This document shows positions 60,247 through 64,000 of a DNA stretch of 64,000 nucleotides, one piece after another. The stretch comes from Candidatus Latescibacterota bacterium (GTDB lineage: Bacteria > Latescibacterota > UBA2968). The translations under genes were made by a program, and so were the position numbers. The notes beneath the pieces were generated by a model. It saw only the letters and a program-made list of their open reading frames with translations, was not told the origin of the DNA and made no database searches. Location: positions 5,280,001-5,344,000 of the forward strand of contig OZ241986.1 in assembly GCA_965204375.1 (NCBI GenBank), read 5' to 3'. Within the stretch, counting starts at the first letter, position 1. Every line of letters begins with the position of its first letter.

Positions 60247-60587
60247 AAGCCTCTATTCCTTTTGAAGATTATCTGGTGCCAAAACTCAAAGATTCCAAAT
60301 ATGCAGATGAGTATATTGATGTCGCCCTGGAGACTTATGACGAAGACCAGAATCTGGATGCTTTGCTGTTCATTTTACAAAGTGTTGTTCGGGCACAGGA
60401 CGAAGACAAAAAGGTGACACAAAAAATTTATTGGGCATTTAAAAAGAGAGGTATTTTGCCCGTGTTGAAGAAATCGTCACGCTCCCGCTACAAATACGCT
60501 CTGGAGTATCTTGGTCTTTCTACTCAGAGAGTAGCAGCCGATTCGTTGGCATCGAACCAATTTGTCGGAAATGAGGCGTCCGGTTAG
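60243..60587 (+). CDS. Putative antitoxin (addiction module antidote-like, divergent)
   Basis: ATGA overlap with the toxin; LKD..YADEYIDVALE...LLFILQSVVRAQ N-terminus. Confidence 0.7.
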   Translation: MKASIPFEDYLVPKLKDSKYADEYIDVALETYDEDQNLDALLFILQSVVRAQDEDKKVTQKIYWAFKKRGILPVLKKSSRSRYKYALEYLGLSTQRVAADSLASNQFVGNEASG

Positions 60588-60611
60588 TTGGTATTACGCT
60601 ATTTAGTAAAT

Positions 60612-60650
60612 AAAAAAGGAGATACCGTCTGGTATCTCCTTTTTCTTTTT
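60612..60650. terminator. Bidirectional intrinsic terminator
   Basis: AAAAAAGGAGATACC-gtct-GGTATCTCCTTTTT between convergent genes. Confidence 0.85.
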
Positions 60651-60664
60651 ATCGCGATGATGGA

Positions 60665-61426
60665 TCAGGTGCGGATTTCTCGGAGGATGTGGCGGCAGCC
60701 GTAGAGGTAGATGCCCGTGTCAACGGAGAGCGAGATGTAGCCTACGCCCGCGTCGATCCAGCGGTTGGCGGCTTCGGGGGAGTCGGCAAATGTGCCGACG
60801 GTGAGTCCGGCGTCGTTGATCAGTTTTGCGGCTTCGCGCATTCGGTCAACCACGCGCGGGTCGTTGACCTGGCCGGGTATGCCGAGAGATTGCGAGAGGT
60901 CATAAGGTCCCAGGAAGATGACGTCGAGACCCGGAACTGAGATGATTTCTTCGAGGTTTTCAAGGCCTTCTACGCCTTCGATGTGGATGAGTATCATCGA
61001 TGAGGCATTGAGGCGTTCAAAGATGGCGCCACCATCTGCAAAGTAGCGGGCTGCTCGGGTATAGGGCGAGACGCCCCGCATGCCCAGTGGTGAATATTTG
61101 GCTGCTCGCACAACGGCTTCGGCATCGGCTTTGTTGCAGATTTGCGGTACCTGTACGCCGCCAGCGCCTATGTCGAGGGCGCGCAAGATCTGTGCGGGGT
61201 CATTTTCTCGCACTCTGACAATGGGTGTGATATCGACGCCGTGTGCAACGCGGCAGAGGTCTTCGCAGGTGGGTATGTCGAGCGGCCCGTGTTCGGTGTC
61301 GAGGATGACAAAGTCAAATCCGCTGTATGCCGCGATTTCGATGAGCGCGCCAGAACTGAGGTTGACGAAAGGCCCGATGGCAACGTCGCCATTAGAGAGT
61401 TTGTTTTTGAGCAGGTTTTCGGCCAT
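60665..61426 (-). CDS. HpcH/HpaI family aldolase
   Basis: GFDFVILDTEHG, ALDIGAGGVQVP, P.GMRG and FLGPYDLS motifs; start at MAENLL. Confidence 0.9.
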   Translation of the reverse strand: MAENLLKNKLSNGDVAIGPFVNLSSGALIEIAAYSGFDFVILDTEHGPLDIPTCEDLCRVAHGVDITPIVRVRENDPAQILRALDIGAGGVQVPQICNKADAEAVVRAAKYSPLGMRGVSPYTRAARYFADGGAIFERLNASSMILIHIEGVEGLENLEEIISVPGLDVIFLGPYDLSQSLGIPGQVNDPRVVDRMREAAKLINDAGLTVGTFADSPEAANRWIDAGVGYISLSVDTGIYLYGCRHILREIRT

Positions 61427-61447
61427 TTTGGAACTCCTGTTGGTAAA

Positions 61448-61522
61448 GAATAGACGAATAGACGAATAGACGAATAGACGAATAGACGAATAGACGAATA
61501 GACGAATAGACGAATAGACGAA
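61448..61522. repeat. 8-bp microsatellite (GAATAGAC)x9
   Basis: Perfect tandem array 61448-61519 plus GAA. Confidence 0.95.
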
Positions 61523-61576
61523 CCCCACCCAACCGCCCAAAGTAGTTACAAACTCCGCCGTAGATTCGTAGATTCG

Positions 61577-62866
61577 CTACACACCGATAAAAGATCTATC
61601 ATTTGTTTTTTCGCACCAGTCGCGCAGGCGGCGGCGGTGGTCGTCGAGTTCGTTTTTGAAGCGCGCGTTGACGGCGAGGTTGACCATTTCACCAGGGTCG
61701 TTCTGGAGGTCGATGAGTTGTTCTCGGTGGCGGCCCATGGGAAAGGTGCTGTATTTGTAGCGGTCGGTGAGGACGGCACGCGAAGCACCGCTACCGCCTG
61801 GACCAGAGCCGAGGTCGATGATGGTTTCAACGACGAGGTCGTCGCGCCATTCGCCGGATGTGTTGCCTTCTGCGAGAGACCGCAGGCTCAATCCGTCGAG
61901 GCCGTCGGGAACGCTCGCACCGCCTATGTCGCATAAGGTGGGCAGAAGGTCGAGGCCGAGGGAGACGAGGTGGGTGTCGTTGACGCCACCGGGTTGCGTG
62001 ACGCCTTTGTGGCTGACGATGAATGGGATGTTGATGACTTCTTCGTAGAGGCTGGTTTTTTGATTCCAGTTGTGTGCGCCGTGTCCGTCGCCGTGATCTG
62101 AGGTGAAGACGATGTATGTGTTTTCTTCGAGGTCCAGGTCGCGCAAGCCGTTGAGGAGGACGCCGATTTCGGCATCGACTTTTTCGCACAGGCGGTAATA
62201 GAGGAAGCGGAGGCGCCGCCAGTCGTCTTCGGTGTATTCGATGGTGGGATAGACGCGGCGGTTGGCCTGGCGCAGCATTTGCAGGATGTCGGGTGAATAG
62301 GGTGGGATGGCGAAGTTCGCGGGCAGGTTCGGACATTCTTCTATGGTTGTGGGTTCTGGTACAGGACCTTGTGGAAGCGGCTGACTGCGGGCGACCTGGC
62401 AGATGTCGTGGGGGTTGAGAAATGACGCGATGAGGAAGAAGGGGTTGTCGCGGTCGCGTTTCATAAATTCGATGGCGCGAAGGGGCACTTCGTCGTCGCG
62501 GTTGCCGCAGATGACTTCGAGGCCGCTTTCTTCGGGTGTGGTGCCCGGGACGTGCCATTTGCCAGAGAGGGCGCAGTCATAACTCGCGTTTTTGAGAAAG
62601 TTGCCGAGGGTTTTGCCTTTGTATTCGGGTTTGATCGGGGTGCCGTTGCTCGTGGCGCCGTTTTGATGGGGATAGAGGCCCGTCATATAGCTGGCGCGCT
62701 GGGGACCGCACAGGGGATGCGTGCAATAGGCGCGGGTGAAGCGCACGCCGGTTTCGGCGAGGCTGTCCATATTGGGAGTGTGAACATCGGGGTTGCCCGC
62801 ACAGGACATGGCCCCGGCGTATTGCTGATCGGTGATGATGAAGAGGATATTGGGACGATCTGGCAT
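61577..62866 (-). CDS. Sulfatase
   Basis: PNILFIITDQQ, CGPQR, GKWH, NPHD and TSDHGD motifs. Confidence 0.92.
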   Translation of the reverse strand: MPDRPNILFIITDQQYAGAMSCAGNPDVHTPNMDSLAETGVRFTRAYCTHPLCGPQRASYMTGLYPHQNGATSNGTPIKPEYKGKTLGNFLKNASYDCALSGKWHVPGTTPEESGLEVICGNRDDEVPLRAIEFMKRDRDNPFFLIASFLNPHDICQVARSQPLPQGPVPEPTTIEECPNLPANFAIPPYSPDILQMLRQANRRVYPTIEYTEDDWRRLRFLYYRLCEKVDAEIGVLLNGLRDLDLEENTYIVFTSDHGDGHGAHNWNQKTSLYEEVINIPFIVSHKGVTQPGGVNDTHLVSLGLDLLPTLCDIGGASVPDGLDGLSLRSLAEGNTSGEWRDDLVVETIIDLGSGPGGSGASRAVLTDRYKYSTFPMGRHREQLIDLQNDPGEMVNLAVNARFKNELDDHRRRLRDWCEKTNDRSFIGV

Positions 62867-62928
62867 GTGACATCCTTTTTTGAAAGTGAGCTGCAGCTCG
62901 ACGGTTAAAAAAAATCTGGTTTCATCTA

Positions 62929-64000
62929 TTAGTATGTGGTGCCAAAGACGCTAACAAAGATGAGAAAATCGGCAAAGTTAATCATACCATCGTCGTTCAG
63001 GTCCATGCGGGCATCGTAATTGGCATCTGATGATGATAATCCAAAAACGCCGGTAAAGGCGAGAAAATCGGCAAAGTCAACGTCGTGGTCGCCATCGAAA
63101 TCGCCGGAAATGGTAGTAACAGTGATCACGGCGTTGGACACATCCAATGAGTCCTGTTGTCCACTGAGGTCGGCCATTAAAATGGTTTTGACAATGAGCG
63201 TTGTTTCGGATTCAAGGGTGTTGGTCACTTGCAGGTCAATTTGACCGAGATAACCATTGGCTGGTACAGTGGGGGTAGAGATGAGCAGTGCTGATAGGAC
63301 AGGACGGGCGGGTGTTTGGCGCAGGGATGCACCTGTAAAACTCGTGCCCGATATGTTGCCGATGTAGTCGAAAAATGTCTTGTCCGGCAGGTCGAGTTCT
63401 ATTTCGTAGCCATAAGTTTGTTTGTCTGCAGCCATTGGAACAAAGAGTTGAAATTGTATCGTATCGCCTGCTGTTTGTTCGGGTATGATCAGCCCGTTGT
63501 TCTGTACAGCGGGTGTTTCAATTTGTGTGTCGAGGTGGAGTAGCATGCCGGCAAATTCACCGCTTGCAGGCTCGTTAAACGATATGATATTTGTCGTTGT
63601 GATTTCGTCGATCAATGCCACGCTTTGTGCAAGTGTAACCATTTTAATGCCCAGGGTAAATGCCTTATCCGTTACATCCACTGCAGTGGTAAATTCAGCG
63701 CGTGCTACAAAACCGGATTCCGGCAGGGTGACAAGGGCAGCAGATGCGAAGTTTGTGCCAGTCGAGTCTGGTTCTGGAACGACAAAGGCGAACGCACTGT
63801 TTTCGGCTTTGTCAAAAGTCAAAATAGCAGGATCAAAGTCGAATATGACTACCACGCCGGCGAGAGGTGTGGTCACACCTTTTGCGAAGACTTCAACGGC
63901 AATTTTTGTGCCCTGTCCAGAGATAGTACCTGAGGTAACGCCATCATCTGTCTGATTGCCCGGCCCGCCATCGGGAATGAGATCGAGCGATAGCATAGCA
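62929..64000 (-). CDS. C-terminal part of a protein with cohesin-like beta domains and a terminal dockerin/EF-hand-like pair (5' end outside the window)
   Basis: GDFDGDHDVDFADF...MDLNDDGMINFADF; ORF open to the window edge. Confidence 0.75.
   Translation of the reverse strand, partial: AMLSLDLIPDGGPGNQTDDGVTSGTISGQGTKIAVEVFAKGVTTPLAGVVVIFDFDPAILTFDKAENSAFAFVVPEPDSTGTNFASAALVTLPESGFVARAEFTTAVDVTDKAFTLGIKMVTLAQSVALIDEITTTNIISFNEPASGEFAGMLLHLDTQIETPAVQNNGLIIPEQTAGDTIQFQLFVPMAADKQTYGYEIELDLPDKTFFDYIGNISGTSFTGASLRQTPARPVLSALLISTPTVPANGYLGQIDLQVTNTLESETTLIVKTILMADLSGQQDSLDVSNAVITVTTISGDFDGDHDVDFADFLAFTGVFGLSSSDANYDARMDLNDDGMINFADFLIFVSVFGTTY

Noticed and set aside
61427-61540. N-terminal SSIRLFVY repeats on the aldolase ORF
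   Set aside because: This is translation of the 8-bp microsatellite; the true start is ATG 61426 with an AGGAG RBS.

Overview
Bacterial chromosomal window. Its gene content (three sulfatases, PhyH, a plant-type LRR protein, dockerin/EF-hand-like modules, many oxidoreductases) suggests a marine, possibly sponge-associated, symbiont such as Latescibacterota or Gemmatimonadota; this taxonomy is inference only. From left to right it holds: a type I-C CRISPR array cut by the window edge and a complete cas3-cas5-cas8c-cas7-cas4-cas1-cas2 operon; an AT-richer, tightly coupled three-gene island (ABC-type ATPase with an HhH insert, PIN nuclease, ATP-dependent RNA ligase) that I regard as the best candidate for an undescribed RNA cut-and-repair or defence system; sugar-acid and central-metabolism genes; a selenium locus with two UGA-recoded genes that the ORF track splits or truncates (WASWUGC ResA-like protein, Sec-containing SelD) plus tRNA-Sec; a GPP34/GOLPH3-P450 fusion, acyltransferase and glycosyltransferase operon behind a sigma54-type promoter with three palindromic boxes; a large LRR gene preceded by a scar of synonymously diverged copies of neighbouring genes; a coupled STAND-ATPase / STAND-ATPase-HEPN pair; a 2-oxoacid:ferredoxin oxidoreductase with a CBS-fused beta subunit; polX, a DksA-like gene lacking most zinc ligands, gdhA, a decayed restriction/pentapeptide junction, a toxin-antitoxin pair and several short repeats. 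All family calls come from motif recognition by eye; no database search was run.
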